Source: Aquirhabdus sp.
Lineage (GTDB): Bacteria; Pseudomonadota; Gammaproteobacteria; Pseudomonadales; Moraxellaceae
Reading direction: 5' to 3'
Assembly (NCBI RefSeq): GCF_046462495.1
Contig: NZ_JBKGVE010000011.1
Coordinates: 21,484 to 85,483 of the forward strand
DNA: 64,000 nt
Within the stretch, counting starts at the first letter, position 1. Every line of letters begins with the position of its first letter. Below the pieces are notes generated by a model that made no database searches, had not been told where the DNA came from, and saw nothing but the letters and a program-made list of their open reading frames with translations. Both the position numbers and the translations under genes were made by a program. This document shows positions 53,203 through 62,302 of the stretch, piece by piece.

Positions 53203-54379
53203 TCAGCAAGACTCCACCGCGAATCACAATTCGGTCACTTGCTGTGAGTCCAGACAGAATCTGCACACTATTGGCATCTTCCACACCCAGTTCTACAACA
53301 CGGCGTGTATAAACACCCGGCTGTACTTCGACAAAAACGGTTGTGTCATCATTGTTCATCAACAGTGCTGATGGAGGAACGCTCAATTGTTTTTGTGCAG
53401 CGATGGCAATTTTGACCGATGCAAACATATTGGGTTTTAGTTTTCCATCGACATTTGCAAAGGAGATGCGCGCTTTCGAGCGCCGGGTATCTGCATCAAG
53501 TACGGCGCTGACAGAGTCAATCGTGCCGTGGAAAGTCTGATCAGGGTATGCCGGTAAAGTCACGTCTGCACTCAGACCTTGGCGGATATTTGCGCTAAGG
53601 TCTTCAGGAATATTTGCACTGACCCAGACGCGATCTAGATTGGAGATGGTCATCAGTGCTGCCGTACTATCATTCAAATATGCACCACTACCCACATTCA
53701 ATGCAGTTATGGCACCTGAAGTGGGTGCCGTAATGGTGAGTAAAGCGGATTGACTGCCTTTGTCATGAGTGTTTGAGCCAAGTGTAGTCAAACGTGCTTG
53801 AGCTCGCTCGTATTCGGCAAGTGCTTGTACACGACCACTTTCTGCTGCTTCAATGTCCTTAGTGGCATTGGCTCCAATACTGTTGACACTCTTTGTGCGA
53901 CCGAGTGCGCGATTAGCAAGATCCAGCGCATCTTTGGCTTTGATAGCGTCTGTTTGCGCCTGTGCCAGATCTGGAGAGCTGATCACGGCAAGCACTTGCC
54001 CTTTTTTAACGACATCGCCAAGTTTGACATTGAGTGCAACTAAACGTCCCGTTAGCGGAGATAATATATTCACTGTCGATGCAGGATTTGCTTCAACAAC
54101 TCCTGGCACAGTAATGACATTCGAAGATGCAGCATCTGAAACCGAAGCAACCATCAGCCTAGATTGAAGCGGGGAGTCTTTGGCAACAATGATTTGATTG
54201 CCTTTATGGATGAACATGGGCTCATCGGCAGTCGCTTTGGCAGGGCTGGATGCTTTTGCATTTGGATTGACAATCCAAACAACGATCAGGATGGCGACGA
54301 CAACTGAACTCAACATCAATGCTATTCTTTTAGTCATCAGTGAGTTGTAGATGCTGTGAATGAATGCTCGAATATTCAT
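53195..54379 (-). CDS. RND periplasmic adaptor (CzcB-like)
   Basis: TM anchor; 'VISSPDLAQAQ', 'NLDRVWV', 'LKPNMFA'; ATG 54379 after GGAG; 8-nt overlap with the RND gene. Confidence 0.92.
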   Translation of the reverse strand: MNIRAFIHSIYNSLMTKRIALMLSSVVVAILIVVWIVNPNAKASSPAKATADEPMFIHKGNQIIVAKDSPLQSRLMVASVSDAASSNVITVPGVVEANPASTVNILSPLTGRLVALNVKLGDVVKKGQVLAVISSPDLAQAQTDAIKAKDALDLANRALGRTKSVNSIGANATKDIEAAESGRVQALAEYERAQARLTTLGSNTHDKGSQSALLTITAPTSGAITALNVGSGAYLNDSTAALMTISNLDRVWVSANIPEDLSANIRQGLSADVTLPAYPDQTFHGTIDSVSAVLDADTRRSKARISFANVDGKLKPNMFASVKIAIAAQKQLSVPPSALLMNNDDTTVFVEVQPGVYTRRVVELGVEDANSVQILSGLTASDRIVIRGGVLLND

Positions 54380-54482
54380 TAAGATCTCCACTACTGCTTT
54401 TACAGTAGATCAATGATTTCGATATTTTTTTGACATTCGATTAATCACGGTCAATAAATTATCAGGGTTTGGATTGCAGGCG

Positions 54483-54526
54483 ATTTTAATCGTTCAAGAT
54501 GGAGGTTCTATGGAGGGCTTGTGGTG
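54483..54526 (-). promoter_or_regulatory. Triple direct repeat (11-bp period) plus -10; OmpR/PhoB-type site
   Basis: Minus strand CACCAC-N5-CTCCAT-N5-CTCCAT-N10-TAAAAT. Confidence 0.6.
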
Positions 54527-54764
54527 ATCATCTTTACTTGTAGATCAGATATTTAGAGCTATTTTTTTGAAAAATCTGGCTAAGAGTAGCGTTTAAATAT
54601 GACAAAATTATTTCAATTAGAAAAATAAAGTAAGTATCAAAATTGCTTGGATAGCATATTTTTAAAAATGGGCTTCTTATTTGGATTCATCATGTGGGGC
54701 GTTATGGGTAGAAAGAATAAGCGGGGCCAATCAGATTGACTTGATCTTTTGTTATAAAGCTCAT

Positions 54765-54803
54765 AAAAAAATCCTCACCAAGACATGCTTGACGAGGATT
54801 TTT
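54765..54803 (-). terminator. Intrinsic terminator of the Tim44-domain gene
   Basis: A7-TCCTC...GAGGA-T5. Confidence 0.75.
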
Positions 54804-54834
54804 GGTGGCAGTAGGTTTATGAAGGCTTCGACTA

Positions 54835-55854
54835 TTAGCCTTGCTGAATACCAGCCACTAACCACTTGCGATCAGTGCTACCAATCGTTTGTACGAAGTG
54901 CCATGTTTCGCTGAATGGCGTAGGCGCAGAGTTGACGTCTTCACTCACTGTTCCGCTATACAAGACACTGACAACGTACTGACCATTTTCTTGAGCGCTG
55001 TCCACAATTTGAGCATTTAACTGTGGAAATTCCGCAGTGTCATGGTTGCTCGCAATGTCAGATTGCACTGCATTAAACATTTCAGGGGTGAAATAACGGC
55101 GTAGTTCTTCCAAGTTGCTAGAACTGTTCATGGTTTGCATGTGCAAGAACGTTGCTCGAGCCTGACGTAAGAACACTGCATTTTCAGTACCATCAGGCAG
55201 GGTTTGTCCGTTACTGGTGAACGGTGCAGGTGAGCCAAAACTAGCATTATTTGCGCCACCACCTACGGTTTGACCAAAAATATTGGTATTGCTACCGCTT
55301 GATGGAAACGGTTGCGGTGTTGCATTACTATTGCCAAAACCAAATGGGCTTGCTGAAGCTGGAGCGTTACTCGCCAGTGCGGGCTTTTTTGCTGCAAAAC
55401 GACGATAAACAAAATAACCAACACCTGCCAAGATGATCAGCAGAAACCAAGGAAATCCGCCTTTCTTTTCAGCAGGCTGAGCTTGGTTCCAAGCACCAGA
55501 ACCATTTTCGGTTTGTGCTGGTTGAGATGCCGTGGTTGCGTTGGCATTGTTGGAGTGCCCAATCATGGAACCGAGCAATGCACCACCAGCAACACCAGCG
55601 GCTACGCCACCCCAACCTGGACCTGAGCGCTGTGGAGCGGCTTGTTGTTGTGCAGGCTGCTGGTATGGTCGTACAGTGCTGCCACTGTTATTTGAGCTGC
55701 CATATGAACTTGATGAGTGGCTTGAAGAAGAACGACTCATCCCATAACTACTACCGCCACCGATACGTTTCGCCTCAGCCAATGGTGACAACGCAAGGGT
55801 CGCCATCATGAGCATTGATCCAACGGTGCGAGTATTTAATTTCATGTTAATCAT
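54835..55854 (-). CDS. Tim44-like domain membrane protein
   Basis: Signal-like N-terminus 'AEAKRIGGGSSYG', Gly zipper, TM helix, 'FSETWHF...WLVAGIQQ'. Confidence 0.88.
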   Translation of the reverse strand: MINMKLNTRTVGSMLMMATLALSPLAEAKRIGGGSSYGMSRSSSSHSSSSYGSSNNSGSTVRPYQQPAQQQAAPQRSGPGWGGVAAGVAGGALLGSMIGHSNNANATTASQPAQTENGSGAWNQAQPAEKKGGFPWFLLIILAGVGYFVYRRFAAKKPALASNAPASASPFGFGNSNATPQPFPSSGSNTNIFGQTVGGGANNASFGSPAPFTSNGQTLPDGTENAVFLRQARATFLHMQTMNSSSNLEELRRYFTPEMFNAVQSDIASNHDTAEFPQLNAQIVDSAQENGQYVVSVLYSGTVSEDVNSAPTPFSETWHFVQTIGSTDRKWLVAGIQQG

Positions 55855-56082
55855 TTCCTAAAAATGATGTGATATTTATTGAATACAATCTATGACTACA
55901 TTGTGTAGTGCGCATGGGGGACTTGGCTTTTGCAAGCATCCCTCATACCGTTCATAAACTAACATATAATTTAAAAAATATCGTAGTGATGAAGTTGCAA
56001 TTGGTATGAATTTGAAGCAGACCATTGAAAAATACATGCATATAACCCAGAGAGCCTATGCAACCCACTCTATGGGATATGT

Positions 56083-57453
56083 CTAATCAAATGCTGCGCT
56101 TAGCGCCTCATGTAAACGCCCCACACTGATGATTTCCATTCCATCTATCGCTTGCCTCGGTGCATTGCCTCTTGGAACGATGGCTTTTTTAAAGCCATGT
56201 TTGACAGCTTCACGTAAGCGTTCTTGACCGTTCGGCACAGGTCTGATTTCGCCGGAAAGCCCGACTTCACCGAAGACCACGAGTTCTTGTGGTAGCGCCC
56301 GACCTTTGAGGCTTGATGCGATCGCAAGGAGTACTGCCAAATCCGAGCCTGTCTCTAGAACCTTGATTCCGCCGACAACATTGACAAAGACGTCTTGTCC
56401 ATTGGTATGAATACCGCCATGACGATGCATGACCGCAAGCAGCATGGCCAAGCGATTTTGATCCAACCCCAACGCCACGCGACGCGGTTGGCCCTGCGTG
56501 TCATCCACTAACGCTTGCACTTCAACGAGGAGTGGACGAGTTCCTTCGCGACTAATCATCACGATACTGCCAGGAATTGCTTCATCGTAGCGACTCAAGA
56601 ATATGGCGGAAGGGTTAGCGACTTCACGTAGACCGCGATCGGTCATGGCAAAGACGCCCAGTTCATTGACCGCGCCAAAACGATTTTTGATTGCACGAAT
56701 CATCCGAAAACGCGAATCCGATTCGCCTTCGAAATAAAGAACGCAATCAACCATATGTTCAAGCACTCGGGGCCCGGCTAATGCACCTTCTTTAGTCACG
56801 TGACCGACGAGGAATAGGGCTGTGCCTGTTTGCTTAGCATAGCGAGTAAGAATGGCCGCAGACTCACGAATCTGGGCCACACCGCCCGGTGCGGATTGCA
56901 GGGTTTCGGTAAAAAGAGTTTGGATGGAGTCCAACACTGCAACGGCTGGTTTTTCTGCGGTTAAGGTCGCACAGATCGTTTCAACGGATGTTTCTGCCAT
57001 CACTTTGAGTTGATCAGTTGGAAGCTCTAACCGTTTGGCACGCATGGCGACTTGAGATAAAGACTCTTCACCTGTGACATAGAGCGCTTTTTCACCTTGC
57101 GCCATATGTGTGGCTGTCTGGAGAAGGATGGTTGATTTCCCAATTCCGGGATCACCGCCGATGAGCACCACTGAGCCATTCACAACACCGCCACCCAGCA
57201 CACGATCAAACTCGCTGATGCCTGTCGTCAATCGTGATTCACGACTTACGGTAATTTGATCTAGACGTGTCACCGTTGCTGCCTGTCCAGCATAGCCCCC
57301 ATTATTCATGCTTTTCGCACGGTGGGTTGTGGTGGGTTCAGGTCGGGCCTCAACTAAACAATTCCACTCTCCGCAATCACTGCATTGCCCAGACCATTTG
57401 GGATGGCTGGTTCCACAGTGTTGGCAGATGTAGATGGTTTTTACTTTGCTCAT
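56083..57453 (-). CDS. radA: DNA repair protein RadA/Sms
   Basis: C4 zinc finger, GGDPGIGKST, KNRFG. Confidence 0.98.
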   Translation of the reverse strand: MSKVKTIYICQHCGTSHPKWSGQCSDCGEWNCLVEARPEPTTTHRAKSMNNGGYAGQAATVTRLDQITVSRESRLTTGISEFDRVLGGGVVNGSVVLIGGDPGIGKSTILLQTATHMAQGEKALYVTGEESLSQVAMRAKRLELPTDQLKVMAETSVETICATLTAEKPAVAVLDSIQTLFTETLQSAPGGVAQIRESAAILTRYAKQTGTALFLVGHVTKEGALAGPRVLEHMVDCVLYFEGESDSRFRMIRAIKNRFGAVNELGVFAMTDRGLREVANPSAIFLSRYDEAIPGSIVMISREGTRPLLVEVQALVDDTQGQPRRVALGLDQNRLAMLLAVMHRHGGIHTNGQDVFVNVVGGIKVLETGSDLAVLLAIASSLKGRALPQELVVFGEVGLSGEIRPVPNGQERLREAVKHGFKKAIVPRGNAPRQAIDGMEIISVGRLHEALSAAFD

Positions 57454-57549
57454 GTTGAACTCATTGGGAGTGATCGAAAATACAGCAGCATGGCTTTCAT
57501 TTAAAAATATTAAAAAGAGCTGTTCTTTATGATGGTGGTTTTAGGCCAT

Positions 57550-57587
57550 AAAAAAAAGCCTATCAGCTAAACTGATAGGCTTTTTTT
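57550..57587 (-). terminator. Intrinsic terminator of tRNA-Glu
   Basis: A-run-GCCTATCAG-ctaaa-CTGATAGGC-T7. Confidence 0.9.
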
Positions 57588-57637
57588 CTGATTTTAAATC
57601 GTGCATTGATACTGCCGATTTAAACATCACTCGAATT

Positions 57638-57713
57638 TGGCGTCCCCACGGGGATTCGAACCCCGGTACTCACCGTGAAAGGGTGATGTCCTAGGCCTCT
57701 AGACGATGGGGAC
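57638..57713 (-). tRNA. tRNA-Glu (UUC)
   Basis: GTCCCCATCGTCTAGAGGCCTAGGACATCACCCTTTCACGGTGAGTACCGGGGTTCGAATCCCCGTGGGGACGCCA; 76 nt, encoded CCA. Confidence 0.98.
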
Positions 57714-57733
57714 TAAAGGCAATGCATGCAACA

Positions 57734-57768
57734 GGCGCGTATTTTAGAGAAATACAGGGGGAAGTCAA
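57734..57768 (-). promoter_or_regulatory. Stable-RNA-type sigma70 promoter of tRNA-Glu
   Basis: TTGACT-16 bp-TAAAAT followed by GC-rich discriminator ACGCGCC. Confidence 0.8.
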
Positions 57769-57889
57769 GAGAATGCTGATCAGGATATGAACGTTTAATG
57801 AAATTAACTTAAAATAATTGAATTTTGCTTAATTTAAAAGCAGTTATACTCAAATTTTGATGCTCTAAGTTTAAGCAAGGAAATGACGA

Positions 57890-58747
57890 ATGGCTCGGCG
57901 CAATGTCAATACACAGATACTGAAGCAGATTATTAGAATGCCTGATAGTCATAAAGGCAGTCACGGCAGTGTCGCGGTGGTAGGTGGGAACATCGGTATG
58001 CTGGGCGCTGCGCTACTCAGTGGACGCGCTGCATTTGCCGCAGGCGCAGGGAAGGTTTGGTTAAATGTGGTCGATCAGCGACTTGCTGTTGATCCTTTTG
58101 CACCAGAGTTGATGATTCGATCCCATAATGGAGATTTAGCACAAGCGACTGCTTTAGCTGTAGGTCCAGGATTAGGTGCAGATACTGTTGCTCATACTGC
58201 ACTTGAGCGCTGCTTTGTGCAAAGTCATATTCCGACCGTGTTTGATGCCGATGCTCTAAATATGATGTCACGGACTGATAGCTATCGTAATCAGCTACAC
58301 AATCGGACATCTATGGCTATTTTAACGCCTCACCCAGCAGAAGCAGGGCGGCTGCTAGGGTGTGATGTGGCAGATATTCAAGACAATCGTTTGCAAGCCG
58401 CTGAAAGAATTTCCCAGCATTATCACAGTATTGTTGTGTTGAAAGGTGATCAGAGCGTCGTTTTTCATCCCAGCGGTGAGTATGTTGTCAATTCCAGTGG
58501 CGGGCCAGCATTGGCTGTTGCAGGGCAGGGTGATGTCTTGACCGGCGTGATTGCAGCACTATTGGGTCAAGGTATTGATAGTTTTGAAGCGGCAAGCTTA
58601 GGCGCCTATATTCACGGACTCGCGGGTGATTTATATGCCGAGCAAGCGCAAGGGGATATCGGACTAACTGCGAGCGCAATGCCGAAGTTGGTTAGTCAGG
58701 TAATGAATCGTCTTTTGCGGGCGTTGGTTTCTTCGCCTGTTCTTTGA
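57890..58747 (+). CDS. nnrD: ADP-dependent NAD(P)H-hydrate dehydratase (stand-alone)
   Basis: 'SHKGSHG', 'VGPGLG', 'DADAL', 'LTPHPAEA', 'AGQGDVLTG'. Confidence 0.93.
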   Translation: MARRNVNTQILKQIIRMPDSHKGSHGSVAVVGGNIGMLGAALLSGRAAFAAGAGKVWLNVVDQRLAVDPFAPELMIRSHNGDLAQATALAVGPGLGADTVAHTALERCFVQSHIPTVFDADALNMMSRTDSYRNQLHNRTSMAILTPHPAEAGRLLGCDVADIQDNRLQAAERISQHYHSIVVLKGDQSVVFHPSGEYVVNSSGGPALAVAGQGDVLTGVIAALLGQGIDSFEAASLGAYIHGLAGDLYAEQAQGDIGLTASAMPKLVSQVMNRLLRALVSSPVL

Positions 58748-60224
58748 TCTTGTCCAGCATGGTTTCCGCAGGGAGCTTGTGAATTACCGCGCGTAAGTGC
58801 TGGTAAAAGTCTTTGGATTCCTGATCTACCATGATGTCTGCTTCGGTCAAGGGTCTGGCGAGTGAGAGACCCTCAAGTGTGCGGCAGCGACTTAAGGCAA
58901 CGTAAGTTTGCCCTGTTTCAAAGGCACCAGCACCGAGATTCAAGTGCACTTTTTCAAGCGTACGCCCTTGGCTTTTATGCACGGTCATGGCCCAAGCCAA
59001 GACCAATGGAAACTGGATATAGCTTCCAGTTTCATAGCGTTCAATTTCCTCGTCGATCATACCCCAGCGGTATTGATATTCTTGCCATTCATCGCGTTCG
59101 ACTTCTACGGTTTGCTTGGAAACAGACATGACGACTGTAATTTTATCTGCGGTCATCTTTTTAACCGTGCCGACAGAACCATTGATCCAGCGTCGATTCA
59201 GGTCGTTCTTGGTGAACATGACTTGCGCACCGATCTTTAAAACCAGCTCCATCGGCGAGGGCAGTCGATCCGCTTTAAACTGACCCGTGAGTTGGCCCGT
59301 ATAACTTTGCACGGAGGCATCCAATTTACTCAGTTCGCGATGATTACGCGTATCGACTTCGGCGTTACGTGGAGAAAGCCAAACAGCATCTATAGGCGGA
59401 GTATCGGTAATGGTACATCCTGCATTCAGCAGTGAGAGAGACTGTTTAAGGTCAACTCCCTCACGAATTTTGGTGAGAATATTGACGAATGCCTGATCCG
59501 ATTGGCGAAATGTTTTTTTGAGTTCAACGGCGTAATATGGTGTATTGCGTAGACAGCGGGCTTTAAAGAATTTGGCTGAGCCATAAATGCGATCAAATAA
59601 TGGTTTTGAAGACTCGCTAACGACAGGTGGGAGTTGGAAGAGATCACCGACCATGATCACGGTCATTCCTCCAAATGCACTATTGCCATCACGATTTTGC
59701 CTTAAAAAAGCACTGACGCCGTCTAGTAGGTTTGCCGTGACCATCGAGATCTCATCGATAATCAGTAGCTTGGCTTCTTTGATGTCGGTACGGTGAGGTG
59801 TGCTTTTGATGTCCTTCTTGACGATCCAAGCCGGAGGCAGTTGGCAAAGTGAATGCAGTGTTTTGCCATCAATATTAATGGCCGCCATCGCTGTTGGAGC
59901 ACTGAGCAGAGCAGAACCGCGAAATTGCTTCATCAGCCATTTAATAAAGGTACTTTTGCCTGTACCCGCACCGCCAGTAACAAAGATCAGCGGAAAGTTT
60001 CGATCTATTAGCTGCTTGATCAGCAGGTATTCAGGCAGCACATCAATCTTTGATAGATCCGAGGATTGAAGATGCTCTTTGATCGGCATTGCAATATCTT
60101 TGCTGTAGCGAAATTCATCAAGATTGAGGTCGTCTATACCGTCATGCGAGTCGTGAAGATCTAATAGCTGGTTAAAAACAAAACCAGCTTCAGCAGTCAG
60201 CGCCATCAGAGATTCAGGTTTCAT
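58692..60224 (-). CDS. Pif1-family SF1B DNA helicase
   Basis: GGAGTGKS, APTAMAA, IIDEISMV, GDLFQLPPV, FRQSD, QFPLVLAWAMTVHKSQG, GQTYVALSR. Confidence 0.9.
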   Translation of the reverse strand: MKPESLMALTAEAGFVFNQLLDLHDSHDGIDDLNLDEFRYSKDIAMPIKEHLQSSDLSKIDVLPEYLLIKQLIDRNFPLIFVTGGAGTGKSTFIKWLMKQFRGSALLSAPTAMAAINIDGKTLHSLCQLPPAWIVKKDIKSTPHRTDIKEAKLLIIDEISMVTANLLDGVSAFLRQNRDGNSAFGGMTVIMVGDLFQLPPVVSESSKPLFDRIYGSAKFFKARCLRNTPYYAVELKKTFRQSDQAFVNILTKIREGVDLKQSLSLLNAGCTITDTPPIDAVWLSPRNAEVDTRNHRELSKLDASVQSYTGQLTGQFKADRLPSPMELVLKIGAQVMFTKNDLNRRWINGSVGTVKKMTADKITVVMSVSKQTVEVERDEWQEYQYRWGMIDEEIERYETGSYIQFPLVLAWAMTVHKSQGRTLEKVHLNLGAGAFETGQTYVALSRCRTLEGLSLARPLTEADIMVDQESKDFYQHLRAVIHKLPAETMLDKIKEQAKKPTPAKDDSLPD

Positions 60225-60267
60225 ACGCGGCTAAAATAGTCCACTATGAATACGTGCTGGATATGGA

Positions 60268-60969
60268 TTATTCCGATTCATCATTCGCATTTTCTTCAGT
60301 GCCTTCTGCGGCACCCATCACTTGCATGACTGGCCAAGCATTGACAATTTTACAAAATAGCTCAGCGGTCTTTTGGGTGTCGTACAGAGCCGCATGGGCT
60401 TCGCCATTGCTAAATGGAATGCCAGCAGCCTGACAGGCACGTGCCAAAACGGTTTGACCATAGGCTGCTGCTGCAAGAGTTACGGTATCAAAGACCGAGA
60501 AACTATGAAAAGGTGTTTGATTCTTGGTATGGGTACGCGCCACCGCAGCTTGTAAAAATCCAAGGTCAAAATGGGCATTATGCCCCACCAAAACGCAATG
60601 ATTACAACCTTGCTCACGGCGTGTCTTTTCTAGGGACTTGAAAATTCGCAATAAAGCCGGCTTTTCTTCTTCGGCCATGCGAAAAGGGTTGAAGGGGTCA
60701 ATGCCGATGAAATCGAGTGAGCGCTGATCAAGCTTGGAACCTTCAAACGGTTTAATGTGCGCATGAACGGCTTCACCGGGAACGAGCTGGTGATTTTCAT
60801 CAAAGAGAATTGGGATACATGCGATTTCAAGCAGTGCATTGGTTTTAGAGTCCATGCCCGCCGTCTCAACATCGACCACAACAGGTAGGAATCCTCTAAA
60901 ACGCTGTCCAATGATCGGACGTGTTTTGCTTGGAGCCGTATCATTATTTGATTGTATTAAATCACTCAT
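60268..60969 (-). CDS. rnt: Ribonuclease T
   Basis: '[16 protein letters not shown]', 'HNAHFD', 'AHAALYD'; ATGA overlap with pyrC. Confidence 0.96.
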   Translation of the reverse strand: MSDLIQSNNDTAPSKTRPIIGQRFRGFLPVVVDVETAGMDSKTNALLEIACIPILFDENHQLVPGEAVHAHIKPFEGSKLDQRSLDFIGIDPFNPFRMAEEEKPALLRIFKSLEKTRREQGCNHCVLVGHNAHFDLGFLQAAVARTHTKNQTPFHSFSVFDTVTLAAAAYGQTVLARACQAAGIPFSNGEAHAALYDTQKTAELFCKIVNAWPVMQVMGAAEGTEENANDESE

Positions 60970-62069
60970 GAGCTGAATCCATGCGTTGCGTCTTGTTGGA
61001 TCGACCATGTGAGTGTTTCACCGGCGAGGAGTGGAACCAGTTTTTGATCCCCGAAGTATGCAAAGGATTCAGGAACAATTTGTTCATTTTTTACCAAGGT
61101 GATTGTGCGTGTATTGCGTGGTAAGCCATAAAAGTCTGCGCCAAAAAAGCTGGCAAATCCTTCTAATTTATCCAGTTTTCCAGCCTGTTCAAATGCTTCC
61201 GCATACAGTTCAATGGCAAAAGGTGCTGTGTAACAACCAGCACAGCCACAAGCATTTTCTTTTTTGTCCTGAGCGTGTGGTGCACTATCTGTGCCTAAGA
61301 AAAACTTAGGGTTACCACTTGTCGCCACTTCGATCAAAGCCGCTTGGTGACTTTGACGTTTTAGGATTGGCAAGCAATAAAAATGCGGACGAATGCCGCC
61401 AACCAGCATGTGGTTACGATTAAACAGTAGATGTTGAGGGGTGATCGTTGCCCCAACATTGGCGCCTTGTGCTTGTACAAAAGCAGCGGCATCGCCCGTT
61501 GTAATATGTTCAAGGACGAGTCTTAAGCGTGGGAAGCGCTGAAGAAGTGGCTCAAGCACTTCATCGAGAAAGCGCTTTTCACGATCAAAAATATCAACAT
61601 GATTATGGGTCACTTCACCATGCAGAAGGAACGGCACGCCATGTTCTTCCATTTGAGCAATCACGTCATACACTTTGGATAGGTCGCTGACACCAGAGTG
61701 CGAGTTAGTCGTTGCACCTGCCGGGTAGAGTTTGACCGCTTGTACATGGCTTGAGTTTTTGAGTTTTAGAATTTCAGCAGGATCAGTATGATCTGTCAGA
61801 TAGAGCACCATGCGAGGATCAAATGCAGCCTCTGCACCATGGGCTGTAGGCACAGGCACATGCTCCATGATACGCGCGCGATACGCCTCAGCTTCTTCGA
61901 CTGTTTTGACAGGAGGGACGAGATTCGGCATACAGATCACACGATTAAACGTTTTTGCAATATCGGGCACAGTGCGTTCGAGTGCCAATCCATCCCGTAA
62001 ATGAATATGCCAGTCGTCTGGTTGAGTAATCGTTAGCGTTGTTTGATTGGCAGTGCGGGGTGTTGTCAC
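60966..62069 (-). CDS. pyrC: Dihydroorotase
   Basis: [36 protein letters not shown] start uncertain. Confidence 0.97.
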   Translation of the reverse strand: MTTPRTANQTTLTITQPDDWHIHLRDGLALERTVPDIAKTFNRVICMPNLVPPVKTVEEAEAYRARIMEHVPVPTAHGAEAAFDPRMVLYLTDHTDPAEILKLKNSSHVQAVKLYPAGATTNSHSGVSDLSKVYDVIAQMEEHGVPFLLHGEVTHNHVDIFDREKRFLDEVLEPLLQRFPRLRLVLEHITTGDAAAFVQAQGANVGATITPQHLLFNRNHMLVGGIRPHFYCLPILKRQSHQAALIEVATSGNPKFFLGTDSAPHAQDKKENACGCAGCYTAPFAIELYAEAFEQAGKLDKLEGFASFFGADFYGLPRNTRTITLVKNEQIVPESFAYFGDQKLVPLLAGETLTWSIQQDATHGFSS

Positions 62070-62184
62070 GGGTGAAAATACTCATAAAACTTTTGTGTCA
62101 TGATAGTCGAAATAGCGCTGTAAAACACGGCAAAATCGATGCGTTAACTTTAAGATATTCATTTGCTACTAAAAAAAACAAGTA

Positions 62185-62209
62185 ATTTGATGGCGCAAGG
62201 CCATCAAAT
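62185..62209. repeat. Perfect 10-bp-arm inverted repeat in the divergent pyrC/DGC spacer
   Basis: ATTTGATGGC-gcaag-GCCATCAAAT. Confidence 0.6.
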
Positions 62210-62302
62210 ATTCTATCGGTAGGGCGTTTTTTTTGTTAATGTGTGAACAAGGAAATATGAAAAATTGATTTATAAGGATTCAGTTCTTTAGATGAGACGG
62301 AC

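Noticed and set aside
55914..55937. sigma32-like CTTGCAA...CCCCAT upstream of the Tim44 gene
   Set aside because: Spacer is about 10 bp rather than 13-14
57454..60267. Integrative element at tRNA-Glu
   Set aside because: No integrase or duplicated tRNA 3' end seen; the tRNA 3' side leads straight to its terminator and radA
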